The notes below the pieces were generated by a model. The model had not been told where the DNA came from, did not search any database, and was given only the letters and a program-made list of their open reading frames with translations. Below are positions 39,601 to 52,376 of a DNA stretch of 64,000 nucleotides, piece after piece. The position numbers and the translations under genes are program-made. Position 1 is the stretch's first letter; each line of letters opens with the position of its first letter. Source of the stretch: Macrostomum hystrix (taxonomy: Eukaryota > Animalia > Platyhelminthes); contig CATNEN010000003.1 in assembly GCA_950097015.1 (NCBI GenBank), positions 4,526,001 to 4,590,000 of the forward strand, read 5' to 3'.

Positions 39601-41074
39601 GACGCAATAGTACTCAAATACGAACCTTTTCAGCTCAAATAGCTTAGGATATGTGTCAAAAAAAGAATGAGTTCTTGCCGCTTTGCCTGTTAAGTCTGAA
39701 ATTTATTAAGATTATAGAAAGCGCCTAGTTTAGGTTACAATGCCTAGTTTAGTCACACCAATCACAGTGTGACAGTGTCACAGTCATCAGTCACAGTCAC
39801 ACTCACTCAGTCACAGTCACCCTCACTCAGTCACAGTCACCCTCACTCAGTCACAGTCACCCTCACTCAGTCACAGTCACACTCACTCAGCCACAGTCAC
39901 CTCCATCAGTCACAGTCACACTCCTCAGTCACAGTCACCTCCATCAGTCACAGTCACACTCCTCAGTCACAGTCACCTCCATCAGTCACAGTCACACTCC
40001 TCAGTCACAGTCACCTCCATCAATCACAGTCACACTCACTTATTCACAGTCACCTCCATCAGTTGCAGTCACACTCACTTATTTACAGTCACACGCCTCA
40101 GTCACAGTCACACCCCCAGTTATAGTCACACCCCTCAGTCACAGTCACAGTCATTCAGTCACAGTCACACTCACTTATTCACAGTCACCTCCATCAGTCA
40201 CAGTCACACCCCCAGTTACAGTCACACCCCTCAGTCACAGTCACAGTCACCTCCATCAGTTGCAGTCACACTCACTTATTTACAGTCACACCCCTCAGTC
40301 ACAGTCACACCCCCAGTTATAGTCACACCCCTCAGTCACAGTCACAGTCATTCAGTCACAGTCACACTCACTTATTCACAGTCACACCCCTCAGTCACAG
40401 TCACACCCCCAGTTACAGTCACACCCCTCAGTCACAGTCACAGTCACCTCCATCAGTTGCAGTCACACTCACTTATTTACAGTCACACCCCTCAGTCACA
40501 GTCACACCCCCAGTTATAGTCACACCCCTCAGTCACAGTCACAGTCATTCAGTCACAGTCACCTCTATCAGTCACAGTCACCTCTATCAGTCACAGTCAC
40601 ACTCAATGATTCAGTCACACCCCTCAGTCACAGTCACTACCAGTTCCCAGATCCCGGATCAGCGAATCGTTGAACCTGAGTGGTGGACGGTCACTTCAAG
40701 TTGTCTCCAGGCGTCAGCAGCCAGCGTCTCGTTGCTGAATCCTTCCATTATCGGATCGGCGACTATGAGAACTCTTGTATGAGCAGATGGTTGAGCTATT
40801 TTTAAAATCCATTCACAAAAGATTGGACCGGGTTGATTTCTTGACTCCATGCGAATTGTTGCCAAGCTGCTCAGCGGTAAACTTAGCGATTCACCCGGGC
40901 TGCAGCGAACCAAGTCTGCTCTGAAGGTGTTAAAAATCTGTGATATACTCAAAGCAGCTTACCTAGTAAATAATACAGCCAATGAAGCGACACTTACAAG
41001 CAGAAGCAGGCAGTATTCAGCACGATCCACGAGATCAGAACGATTTCTCTAGAAGCAAAGCTATAACAAGTCAT
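33656..41074 (-). CDS. Type I membrane protein, 396 aa: signal peptide, CUB-like domain, divergent C-type lectin domain, TM helix
   Basis: Exons 41074-40998, 40920-40676, 39695-39626, 39537-39281, 34692-34527, 34031-33656; all GT-AG, phases 2,1,2,1,2, total 1191 nt open. CEWILK (CUB-like); CGHWLMSGSSCY..W..LAHF..LLIGL..DRCVYL (lectin-like); TM VAALTAVFCIFLYFFCFITIYSIV then RFRR. TATA at ~41115. Confidence 0.75.
34140..34408 (-). mobile_element. SINE family B copy, intronic
   Basis: Homologous to 15567-15810. Confidence 0.8.
34757..39256 (-). mobile_element. Decayed Ty3/Gypsy LTR retrotransposon (gag-PR-RT-RH-IN)
   Basis: 5' LTR ~39256-38986 then PBS TGGCGATGAG. gag, protease ELDTGS, RT FIDD, RNase H CDAS..KEALAI, integrase H-C-C plus HIDF..NGQAER (35129-36181). 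PPT AAGTGGGGAGA then 3' LTR from 35016. Many frameshifts and stops. Confidence 0.95.
39770..40637. repeat. ~20-bp CAGTCA-based minisatellite, intronic
   Basis: Degenerate CAGTCACAGTCACACTCACT tandem copies. Confidence 0.9.
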
Positions 41075-42372
41075 TTGTCTGTTAGTGAAGAGTGCTAGTG
41101 GGACCATTGCTTTATTATATAAGATTTGAATAAGCGCGCGTGTCTCGAATAGCTGTAGCTGAAACGCCATAGCAAGATAAGTAGCCTTTTATAAGAATTC
41201 GGTACACATTCTCTTTCTGTATAATGCTTGAGCATCAAAGTTTTGGTGGCCGTTTCGACTGCCTACCGCTTTAGACTCATTATGTTTTTTGCTCATTCTG
41301 GACTATAGCAACTACAAAAGTTGTTGGAAACAGTCTATTTTCTAATATTTCTCTCCTAACTATTCTCTATTTCTCGGCGCAAGAATGGCAACAGCGGCAG
41401 TGCACGGTGAATAATGAACACCGCCCACGCGTTTTCGCATCTTCTTACTGCAAAATATTTTTTAGTTTTTATTTCAGCTCAAGAAATCTGCAACGCAGAG
41501 TTAAGACGTATATTCTATCCTCCTTTGGACTAGTAGAGGGTTAATCAGATAGTAGCAGAATAGACCGGCAGAGAGCGAATCAGGTTGTTGTTGTTGTAAG
41601 TTTGGGGTAAAACACAGGGTTTTTTACGCCCTGCTCCCCGCGCATCAGCAGAAGCTCTTACGCTACATAAATAAATATATTTGGTATTTATGGAGTTTAT
41701 GATCGATGCATTTTACTTGTTCAGAAATTATTTAAAATTATTTAGGTGTGAAAAATCCACACCAAAAACCCCCGCCTGCACAGGACCTTGAAATTAAGTA
41801 TTGCAAATTTTGGAGTTAAATATTAAAATTTAAATTTAGAAACATGCTGGGTCAACTATAAGTAGTGTGCTGAGTTTTTTGTCATTTAAATTTAAACTGG
41901 ACCAGTAGAGGGTTAATCAGATAGTCGCAGAACAGACCGGCAGAGAGCGAATCAGGTAAGGTGGGAGCGGCTATAAAAAGGCTGGCGCAAAGATTAACAT
42001 AAATTTACATAATTTATGCCGCGACGCGGGATAGGCTAGAAAATGAACAGGCAGTTGCATGGCCGAGAGGAAAATAACAATTAAGGGTGGCGCAAGGGAT
42101 TCGAATGTACGTTGAAGTCTACTTACAGTTGCGATCTAAGAAATATACGGAATTGCAAAGTCGGTGACAGCGTAATTACATTTGTTAAAACGGCCCAACT
42201 CAGTACCACATTAATTTAAATTTCATTGTGGCTCCTGCCGAAAGTGACAACGTCACACTACCATAGACAAAAATGTGTGACTAAGCTATTCCTTGATGTG
42301 GTCTACTATTATTATTATTTCAACGCACATGCAATCTATGGGTGCTGATGTTTCTATTGATTTTTCGATAAG

Positions 42373-42610
42373 TTAAATTAAATTTGCGAGTGCTTCAGTG
42401 GTTTCCCTGTCGTATTGTGCCACTAAATAGTTAGATTTTTGTTCTGCTGTTAGTGACGTGAAATCAGGAGTTTTCCCTGAAATTCTACTTTCAAAATTCG
42501 ATCGCACAGTGCTATGCAAATTACAACTGCACTTCAATAAGAAGTTGACCTCGTTTTCCACTTCAATTTTGCACTTACTACATAATCTCTTCTCATAAGG
42601 ACCATTTGGT
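42373..42610 (-). mobile_element. Non-LTR retrotransposon ORF2 C-terminal remnant
   Basis: RLCSKCKIEVENEVNFLLKC matches the LINE C-terminal RxCxxC..ExExHFLxxC motif. Confidence 0.55.
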
Positions 42611-43060
42611 CTAAACTTAAGTCTATGAAATAGAGCGACATAAACATCCAAAAGGACATTAATACGCATCCTATGTGCGTCCTAATGTCACCAAAAAGGC
42701 CTAACAAAATGTATAAGCTAATTAAGTACTGCACATTGCTCAAGAAAGGTGGAACATTAGAAACGTTAAAATTTAATGTTTTAAACATTAAAACAAGTAT
42801 TAATTGCTCATTAAATAATTTGCTAAATATTGAGTATTATCTCGCTTGATGTTGATAATGATTGCTTTATCTCTATTGCAATCACATTCTGCTCCGGGAT
42901 TACAAACACTCAGCATTTACCGGGATTGATTATTCGGAGATTGATTATAATGTCACGGAGATGACAAAAACCTGATAAGTAGGAAAACTTTTTCTAATTT
43001 TAATAAATTATTAACCGAAATAATTTGCAGAATCTTATGGGAAAACATTTTAAGTTTCAT

Positions 43061-44352
43061 TTACAGCGAAGTTACATGCACTGGGTTGTGATTAATCTTG
43101 TCATTCGAAGACGTACCAGCCGTGTCATTCGAAGACGTACCAGCCGTGTCGTTCGAAGACGTACCAGCCGTGTCGTTCGAAGACGTACCAGCCGTGTCGT
43201 TCGAAGACGTACCAGCCGTGTCGTTCGAAGACGTACCAGCCGTGTCGTTCGTAGACGTACCAGCCGTGTCGTTCGTAGACGTACCAGCCGTGTCGTTCGA
43301 AGACGTACCAGCCGTGTCGTTCGAAGACGTACCAGCCGTGTCGTTCGAAGACGTACCAGCCGTGTCGTTCGAAGACGTACCAGCCGTGTCGTTCGAAGAC
43401 GTACCAGCCGTGTCGTTCGTAGACGTACCAGCCGTGTCGTTCGAAGACGTACCAGCCGTGTCGTTCGTAGACGTACCAGCCGTGTCGTTCGAAGACGTAC
43501 CAGCCGTGTCGTTCGTAGACGTACCAGCCGTGTCGTTCGTAGACGTACCAGCCGTGTCGTTCGAAGACGTAGCTGCAGCTAGAGGCGTCTTTTCTTTAGT
43601 AGTTCGCGCCTCGACGTCCGAACCATTGCGGCTGTTCGCTGGGTTTCTCAGGATTGATGGTTTGCATTTCTCGATCAGCCCAATGACAACCAACAGAGCA
43701 ATCGAAGAAGCAATAATGGCTAGGTATATTAACCAGACATTATTTTCCGCTCGCTCAGGCGTCGCTGTCGAATTTGTTGGAGAAACAGAGGTTGTGCTCA
43801 GTGAATCACTGTCGTTTGACGCACGGACAAAAATGCGAGCCGACTTGCTCAATTCGGTAAAGCTGTCGCAGGTTACTTCGATTCTAACTGCATCGGTTCT
43901 GCAATTTTAATGATCATCTACATAGGCTCAGGAAGTTCAGATAGAGACGTCTAACAGCACTTGGAATTAAAATGTCGTGCTACCTTTTCACAGAAATTGT
44001 TCCTACACTGTTCGTGTCAACATAGAACGCAGTGACATTTTTAACGGCTCTCTCTGAAAATAACGGTTCAAAAATTTAGAAAATTGTCTAAATTGAAGAG
44101 CAAGTAACAAAACAAGGTATTGTTTTACCATGATAGACGTATATTGAGCACACTGAGCTTGACATTTCGATTGGCTCGATGCTCAGATCAAAATTGCCAC
44201 TGATTCTGAACCCCCAAGTACACCGTACAAGTACATCGGATCTCCGTATGAATGAGAGCTGAAAGACATCTCCTCTGCGCACATCCTGACTAGAGTATCC
44301 GCGTTCATTGTATTCCAAACAGTGAAGGACCTCCTGTCCTTCAGCGCTGGGA
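43061..44352 (-). CDS. CUB-like type I membrane protein with repeat-encoded cytoplasmic tail (5' exon(s) not resolved)
   Basis: Exons 44352-44129, 44053-43984, 43898-43061 with GT-AG introns of phase 1 and 2. VRCTWGFRI (CUB-like), S/T stalk, TM VWLIYLAIIASSIALLVVIGLI, then about 20 copies of TS[S/T]NDTAG. Confidence 0.7.
43080..43570. repeat. 24-bp coding VNTR (GTGTCGTTCG[A/T]AGACGTACCAGCC), about 20 copies
   Basis: Near-perfect tandem copies inside the last exon of the 43061-44352 gene. Confidence 0.95.
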
Positions 44353-44416
44353 CTAAAATTAGCAAAATAAATTGTTTTCTACAATAAAGTCCAGACTACT
44401 GTAAAAACTGGCACTA

Positions 44417-46255
44417 TACAGTTCATAATCACCAGTTTACAGCCTTCAGATTCAGGGTTACAGCTAATGCCATCTGGCTACTTTCCTAACAGACTCTTTA
44501 CAGCTCATAATCACCAGTTTACAGCCTTCAGATTCAGGGTTACAGCTAATGCCATCTGGCTACTTTCCTAACAGACTCTTTACAGCTCATAATCACCTGT
44601 TTACAGCCTTCAGATACATGGTTACAGCTAATGCCATCTGGCTACTTTCCTAACAGACTCTTTACAGCTCATAATCACCAGTTTACAGCCTTTAGATTCA
44701 TGATAACAGCTAATGCCATCTGGCTACTTTCCCAACAGACTCTTTACAGCTCATAATCACCAGTTTACAGCCTTTAGATTCATGGTAACAGCTAATGCCA
44801 TCTGGCTACTTTCCTAACAGACTCTTTACAGCTCATAATCACCTGTTTACAGCCTTCAGATTCATGGTTACAGCTAATGCTATTTAGATACTTTCCTAAC
44901 AGACTCTTTACAGCTCATAATCACCTGTTTACAGCCTTCAGATTCATGGTTACAGCTAATGCTATTTAGATACTTTCCTAACAGACTCTTTACAGCTCAT
45001 AATCACCTGTTTACAGCCTTCAGATTCATGGTTACAGCTAATGCTATTTGGCTACTTTCCTAACAGACTCTTTACAGCACATAATCACCTGTTTACAGCC
45101 TTCAGATTCATGGTTACAGCTAATGCTATTTAGATACTTTCCTAACAGACTCTTTACAGCTCATAATCACCTGTTTACAGCCTTCAGATTCATGGTTACA
45201 GCTAATGCTATTTAGATACTTTCCTAACAGACTCTTTACAGCTCATAATCACCTGTTTACAGCCTTCAGATTCATGGTTACAGCTAATGCCATCTGGCTA
45301 CTTTCCTAACAGACTCTTTACAGCTCATAATCACTTGTTTACAGCCTTCAGATTCATGGTTACAGCTAATGCCATCTGGCTACTTTCCTAACAGACTCTT
45401 TACAGCTCATAATCACCTGTTTACAGCCTTCAGATTCATGGTTACAGCTAATGCTATTTAGATACTTTCCTAACAGACTCTTTACAGCTCATAATCACCT
45501 GTTTACAGCCTTCAGATTCATGGTTACAGCTAATGCCATCTGGCTACTTTCCTAACAGACTCTTTACAGCTCATAATCACTTGTTTACAGCCTTCAGATT
45601 CATGGTTACAGCTAATGCCATCTGGCTACTTTCCTAACAGACTCTTTACAGCTCATAATCACCTGTTTACAACCTTCAGATTCATGGTTGCATTGGTTAC
45701 AGCTAATGCTATTTAGATACTTTCCTAACAGACTCTTTACAGCTCATAATCACCTGTTTACAGCCTTCAGATTCATGGTTACAGCTAATGCTATTTAGAT
45801 ACTTTCCTGACAGACTCTTTACAGCTCATAATCACCTGTTTACAGCTTTCAGATTCATGGTTACAGCTAATGCTATTTAGATACTTTCCTAACAGACTCT
45901 TTACAGCTCATAATCACCTGTTTACAGCCTTCAGATTCATGGTTACAGCTAATGCTATTTAGATACTTTCCTAACAGACTCTTTACAGCTCATAATCACC
46001 TGTTTACAGCCTTCAGATTCATGGTTACAGCTAATGCTATTTGGCTACTTTCCTAACAGACTCTTTACAGCTCATAATCACCTGTTTACAGTTTTCAGAT
46101 TCATGGTTACAGCTAATGCTATTTGGCTACTTTCCTAACAGACTCTTTACAGCTCATAATCACCTGTTTACAGTTTTCAGATTCATGGTTACAGCTAATG
46201 CTATTTAGCTACTTTCCTAACAGACTCTTTTACAGCTCATAATCACCTGTTTATA
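44417..46255. repeat. 82-bp tandem repeat, about 22 copies
   Basis: CAGCTCAT recurs at 44501, 44583 and onward; each unit has three TTACAGC sub-motifs and two variant types (GCCATCTGGCT / GCTATTTAGAT). Confidence 0.95.
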
Positions 46256-48299
46256 ACATACAGCTACAGGGTTAAACTTATGCTGTCAATTTTCTGTATA
46301 ACAGACACAGCAACAGCTAGAAACCACAATTTTCATCAAACAACAAATCTTTTCTTTAGATTTAAAAAAGATAGCTCGTAATTACTTTAGCTTTGCAATT
46401 AAGAAAAGCAGACAGATTACTTCCATAGTTCTCATGATTGATGGCCAGAGTTTTAATCGAGCTGGTTTAAGTTAGGGGAGTTCTCAAGTTTGAATATTTC
46501 CTGTTTTGCCGAGCAGAGCAATATTAAACGTTGTTTTAACAAAACTAATTTAGGTAATCTCACTTTAGAATTCAATTCGTTGTTTGCGACCTAAGCTATG
46601 AATAATACTTTTTTTCATTGAAAATAGGAAATGACAAGCCTGCCTAGCAAGCTTTATGTATAAATTTATTTTAACGACTGGATATGGAACTAAAATAACA
46701 AGATTAAAAAGGCATTCTCGCATTTCCTACTACTACTAGTAAAGTACAAAGCTTTGTCAAGCCATTTAAAAATAGAAAGAATATATCTCACTTTTTTTCG
46801 CCGTACCAGTGAGCGAAACCAGAAAATGACCAACTTCTTGTTTGGATTTCCTGAACAGATAAAGTTCTTATCTTAGCCGTCGATTCTTCTGACTTTATTC
46901 GATGAAGACAATCCGAACGTCGGAAGCGGACCTTCATGTCACCTTCGTGCCAACTGCAAACAGTTCGAGAGCATACACGGCTGCGCCTGGATCAATTTTT
47001 GTTCTTAGCTGCCCATACTTTGGCCCCATTCGCTACCCGGCACCAGCTCGGCGAATGAAAACCACAGCTCTCCTTGAACATCGTCAGTATCGACGGTTCC
47101 GTCGCTGCGGAGGCTGCCGCCAGAGCTCCGCTGACCGCTCAAGAGATCGCGCAGGCGCGCGTGGCGGACCATTCCATCTCTCTGAGCTATCTCTGAGCTC
47201 TTCCTGAGCTCTGTCATCTAGCCCAACTTCGGAGTGGCCACGCCTGCCCCAACTGCAGCCTCCAGCTCGACCCTTCCTTTCTCTCGGAGCTCGACCTGTG
47301 ACGAAACCCCTCCATTGCAGCCGCTTTCCTCGGGGCTTCCTACGACACTTTGAAAGTCTGGGTTAATACTAGAAATTAGCAACTACGAACGTATAAATAA
47401 ACAAGGGCTAAGTTATAAAATGGTAAATTTATTAAGGCTAAAGCATGGATTTTCCTCGGAAAAGCCTTCATGATTTATGACACATGAGTGGGTACACTAG
47501 TCAACAGTAGTAAGAGGTATACTCCAGAGCCAATAACTATAGCCCGCATGAACAGCTGCTGAACTAAGCTGCCATGTACGTTTCTTTAACTGCGGAAAAC
47601 CCTAGCTCCTAGCTCATAAACGCAGCGCATTGTTAAATGGCATAATACGCTCGTAGATTAACTGAAATTTTTAAACAGAAATGAAGAATTTTCTGCTCTT
47701 TCCCTAGCGCTTTGTATTTGGGTTGGAGCTATGCCTCGTGCAGCCATGGACCTCCGTGGCAGTGGCAGTTAATTCTAATTGCTAGAATTGCTGCTGCTAC
47801 AGTTTTAGGCTAGCTTATAGGGCTGTAGTGCTTATTTATCTGATGCTTACCATCTGATCGATGCCTTTCTTAGATAACGAATAGACGCTAGGCATCGACG
47901 AGGTTTCAGAGTGAAGGAGAGCTCGTTTTGACTTATAGCTTATAGCTTATACTTATAGCTGCGCGTCCTCGGTCACAGCCATTGATACCCTCAATAGCAG
48001 GTATATATTCTTACATTAAACATCTATATGTGAGTGCTAACAGCTAGTTGGAAAACGGAAAGTTAACAACTCATGAACTAATGGGCTCAACTGTGATTGT
48101 TATTAAGTAATGCTTTGTTATTATTTGATTCAAATACACCAATATAAAAACAATTTATAAAAAAAGCATTTCGATGGGGTATATTCTGCAGACACACAGG
48201 AGTTTATTATAAAAATAAAAAACCCCTTATTGATTTTTTTCAAAGTAGTAAACAAATATTTAGCTTTGAAAGTTGAAAAAGGCGGAAAATGTTTAATCA

Positions 48300-49590
48300 G
48301 ATGGTGGACTTTCACGGAAACCGGTCATTCGGTTTGGGAGCTATCGTGAAATAGGCAATGGGTATTCGAAATACCTACGAGGTCTGTCACAGGGGGGAAT
48401 AGCGTGCTTTTCCAACAGCATGACTACCATTTTGCCGTTCGTTTTAATACCAAGGGGGTTACCCCTTGAAAATGTTTTTGACACCGCTAGAATGCTTACA
48501 GCGTTGGGTGGTGACTGATTGGTTGACAGACCAAGCGATGGTTTCCTGAGGTTGAGCTGCGCCTAATAGTTAGGCTTGATCAGTGAAATTGGAGAAATTC
48601 GCGTCAGGGTGTCCGTAGTGGCCACCTGTTCCATCTGTTGTAGCTCTTGAAGGTCTAGATAGATAAGAGAGATCTAGATAATGGTAGGTGACCACCGAAA
48701 ACCACCGACCACCGCTAGCGCTTATGAGAAAAAATCCGACCTTCGGCCAGAACCGATGAATATCTCGACGGTATGAAGAGCTGGCGACTTGATTCTTGTT
48801 TCAGAAGATGCGCAACAAAAATTCGGCTGGCTTTCTTGAGTTTCGTGTGCTTACGTTGCTCCGTTCGAGTGCAGCACAAAAATTGTTAAGTGATCCTTCA
48901 TTGTAGCAGTGGGCCTCCTTGTTGCTCCAGTGGTCAGTAGCAGCATTTCTCGAAAGCATGATGACTTTGTAGCGTCGGGTGAGGTTGAGAGTGCGTGGTT
49001 CGTTGTCAGACAAGTCCACCACAGTGTCCCAAATCTCATGTCGTGAATATGAAAATAGTATATTCGTCTCTAGAATAGTATATTCGTCTCTATTCGTCTC
49101 GAGAAACCCGTCTTCATCAGACCGCAGTGACCCGCCCATTGCTAAGATGTGTAGGGTCAGGACGGGGGTCAGGCCAGGCGTCCCGAAGGAGCACGTCCAA
49201 AAAATGAAGAGAGCGCTCCTCCTTGCGGTATTGCCTTGCGGTATTCCTGGGACCCCGTCTGGTGGTGTCCTAGCAGACTGGCGGTGACCGTGCGGTGAAC
49301 TGATCATGTCTTCCATCTGCCAGTTCGATGAACCAGAAGTCGTCGCACACTTTTTCTAAGACGTCAATACTCTCTAGGGTAGTGGCATGACTGAATTTGA
49401 GTCCAAGCAGGGCCTTGAGGAAGGCTGGAGAGGTATAAAAGACAGCAGTAGGATCGTGAGGCCGGAAGAAGTACCTGTTTAGCCGCTGCGAGTCACATTG
49501 ATCGCGTGATGAATGGTGTCTTGGTGGAAGCCGTTGTAACCTGAGAACACACTCGGAAGAAGCACCACGTTTTTTGATGATCATTTCGAG
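48300..49590 (-). pseudogene. Decayed coding-like sequence of unknown family
   Basis: GC-elevated block with consecutive partial minus-strand ORFs broken by stops and frameshifts; no motif recognised. Confidence 0.3.
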
Positions 49591-50412
49591 ATTTCGCCCT
49601 TGTCCTTAAACTTGGTGCTGCTAGCACGTGTACAGCACAACGAGCGGCATCGTCGCTGCACCGTCGCTTCACCGACTCAGTGGCTCGCAGAGCACTGCTT
49701 CACGTGCTCCGAGTCTGCAATGTGCCGCAGCATCATACCCGATCTCCGGCGTCATGGCACTGTATCAGGACACAACGGCAGCGACGCCAGATGGACTATC
49801 ATACCTCCTCTGCACGACCTCCAGAGATTATAGATTATATTACTCCAAGGTCACACCGGTGCCCTTATTTTTTGTACTGGTCAACCGCGCCCTGCTGTCT
49901 TCGAAGACTGCTTGGCGGCCTGCAGCGGTAGCCGTCCTCGCCATCACTTCAAAGAAGGCCGAGGTGCTGGCGTGACCTGCCTGTTCAGATTCCACTCGGG
50001 GGTGGCGACGGCCCCAAGACTGCTACCAAAGTGCCGTCTAGACTACTTAATAATTAAAACAAGTAGTATGCGCATGACAGCAATACTTGTGTGATTGCAT
50101 TATTATTGTGTGTCGCTCTTTGGGAAAATTATCTTGCGAGTTCGTGTCCTGCTTCTTTCCATTAAAGCTATGATTATCAATTACTCACTACTTCAAGTAG
50201 CAAGTCAGTTAAACTGACAGTTAAAAATATTAAAAAAACGCTAATTACTATCTCCAAAAAAACAGTCAACCATTTACTTCCTGCTCAAAAAATATATTTG
50301 TAACCATGTCGGCTTTTATTTTAGATTATATTACATTGACACACACAACTACGAGTACTTTTCCCTTGATCTGAAGTAATCTGAACACTCGCGTTCCTCT
50401 TCTCTGTTCGCG

Positions 50413-52233
50413 TCAGATCCGAACATAGAAGTCTCCAATGATTTTGCTCAATTGAGTTGGAATCAGAGCGAATCTCAGAAGCAGACACTGGCCTCCAAGA
50501 CCAGCTGAAGAAGAAGACTGCCCAGGTGAGAACAGCACGGCCTGGCAGTTGCTGATGTGACACCTGACTGCGCAGTCCAGGAAGTTGAAAACTCCGGTTG
50601 AGGAATTCCGATAGGTCGAGGCGCTGTAGCCACTGCCAACAGTCAGCTGGGGCCGGCTTTGCTCGAGGCGAAGGGAGGAGCACGGACCTGCGGCGGTTTT
50701 GGCCATAGACTATTTTACCGAATAAAATGTGACGTTGTGCCTGTGTGACAATTAGCAATGAGAATCCGAGGGAATATTGTGGGAAGATGAGTAAATATCA
50801 AGGACGACACTAATAAGGTATACAAAGGGTGAAACACTGGCATTACACATGAAAGATTTTAAAGGCTATTTTTAAACGAAAACAAGTTGTTTATCCCCAG
50901 TGTTTTATTACGGGAGAGATATCCTTCTACTTTTCCAATCCTCGGTACCTTTTTAGAAATAGAAAGAATGCCACTTGCAGGGGTATGAATGGAATTGTAA
51001 AAAAGTGATCGCCTAGCAAGCGATATCGAAAAGCATTACTTTGCGTTTAATTTGCAAAACACTCTCAGAGCAGGAACTTGAAATACACCTGACATTTTTA
51101 TTTACAATCCTATAATTGGTGTCCTCTAGCTATGAAGTCAGTAACACTGTAAACTACCTATCCATCAGAGCATCAAACAATCGATCAACCTATGGAAATT
51201 TCAGCTCATTATCCCATTAATCTATCAAAATTTATGATTAAACTATCAAGCAATCGATCAACCTTATCAAACTACGAGTATAAATCAAACAATAAAAATA
51301 TCAATCAACCAATCAATCTATCAATCAAATAATCTAGCTATCAATCAGCCTATAAAACTATCGATCAAGCTAAAGGGGGGTCGGTGGCAGAGCGGTTAAC
51401 GCGTTTGCCTCTCGCACCAAGGTCCCTGAGTTCGATTCCGCGGCGAGGCCGCATTCATTTGGGGCGCAGCCGCGGAGAGAAGGCTTGGGGGCTTGTCGTG
51501 CAATTTACGCCCTTGAGGACCAACCTCCAAGGCACAGTGAGAGTGTACACTGCCTGACGATGAGAAAGTCAGGGCAGATGTACACTCCTGTGTGAGCGTG
51601 TGCCTGCGTACAGTATCTGTGTGCGTGTGTGCTCAGGAGTCAGCGAAATGGGCAGAATTGCCTCCTCGCTGTCTGCGGGTCTAGTGTCACCAAATGATGT
51701 GCCATTGCCCGCAGCCCTCCTGCAATTATTATTATTATTATTATCGATCAATCTATCAACCCATCAATCAATCAATCAGGCTATCAATCCATCAATCAGT
51801 CAGGTTTTCAATCCATCAAGTCAGCAGGCCTCTCACCTTGATGTCTGTAGGCGTAGACGGAGTTTCGCCAAGGAGCGCCGCAGATTTGGCTGGAGTCGCC
51901 GCTGCAGGCGGTGTTGCACTGAGCCTCACTAACCTGACCAATCCTGCCATAGGTGGAGCCGCAGAAGCATTCAGCAACTGACTGCACAGCGAAGTAGTGG
52001 AATCCAGATCCCACTGAGCAGATGCGGCTGCACAGCTGCACAGTCATGCCGGAGCTGTCCCGCACTGCTCCGTAGGACTGAACGCTGAATGAGCCCAGCT
52101 GTTGAATGCCTACAAGACCGTCTAGATCTCTGCTGTTTGAGTCTGAGAAGCAGCCAATGTAGGTGTACTGTCTATTGGCAGCTGCTGACAGACAAAAGGC
52201 AGCTGTCAATAAGATTGATTGCAGAGCAAGCAT
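50413..52233 (-). CDS. Secreted WSC-domain + PAN/apple-like protein, 223 aa
   Basis: Exon 1 52233-51837 (signal peptide; WSC YIGCFSD..MTVQLC..C..YFAVQ..CFCG..CNTACSGD..CG..NSVY). Exon 2 50687-50413 (LDCAVRC..CQAVLF..CLLLRF). Phase-1 GT-AG intron. Confidence 0.85.
51375..51743 (+). mobile_element. Full-length tRNA-derived SINE family A with (ATT)n tail
   Basis: Box A GGTGGCAGAGCGGTT, box B GAGTTCGATTCC, (ATT)6 tail; possible TSD TATCGATCAA[G/T]CTA. Other copies at 33170, 59627 and 60618. Confidence 0.88.
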
Positions 52234-52376
52234 GTCCAAATGTTTTCAATGAATTTTCCAGTGGCTTCAGACTGCAGAATTGCTCTTCATAACAAACGGA
52301 TCTCTGCGTGGGAAAACGTCTCTGCTGCAATTGCTCTTCTTAATTGGCTGATTGGACCAAAGTGTAGTGTAGTGTA

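Noticed and set aside
43025-43910. Plus-strand ORFs (VVRRRTSR)n and (VSFEDVPA)n
   Set aside because: Antisense shadows of the 24-bp VNTR; the minus frame is supported by splice phase and a TM helix.
46860-47350. GC-rich segment with short ORFs, possible LTR-element gag remnant
   Set aside because: No diagnostic protein motif or LTR pair.
50321-50758. 145-aa alternative frame for WSC gene exon 2
   Set aside because: This frame has stops in the paralog at ~60180-60200, whereas the PAN-like frame is conserved and has a phase-compatible acceptor.
51375-51450. tRNA gene (also 18740-18800, 22495-22575, 30170-30242)
   Set aside because: A/B boxes run into SINE bodies; no proper acceptor stem or poly-T terminator.
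51541-51587. Minimal hammerhead ribozyme (CTGACGA-TGA-GAAA) in SINE A
   Set aside because: CTGAC is sequestered by pairing with GTCAG, and no stems I/III or cleavage triplet could be built.
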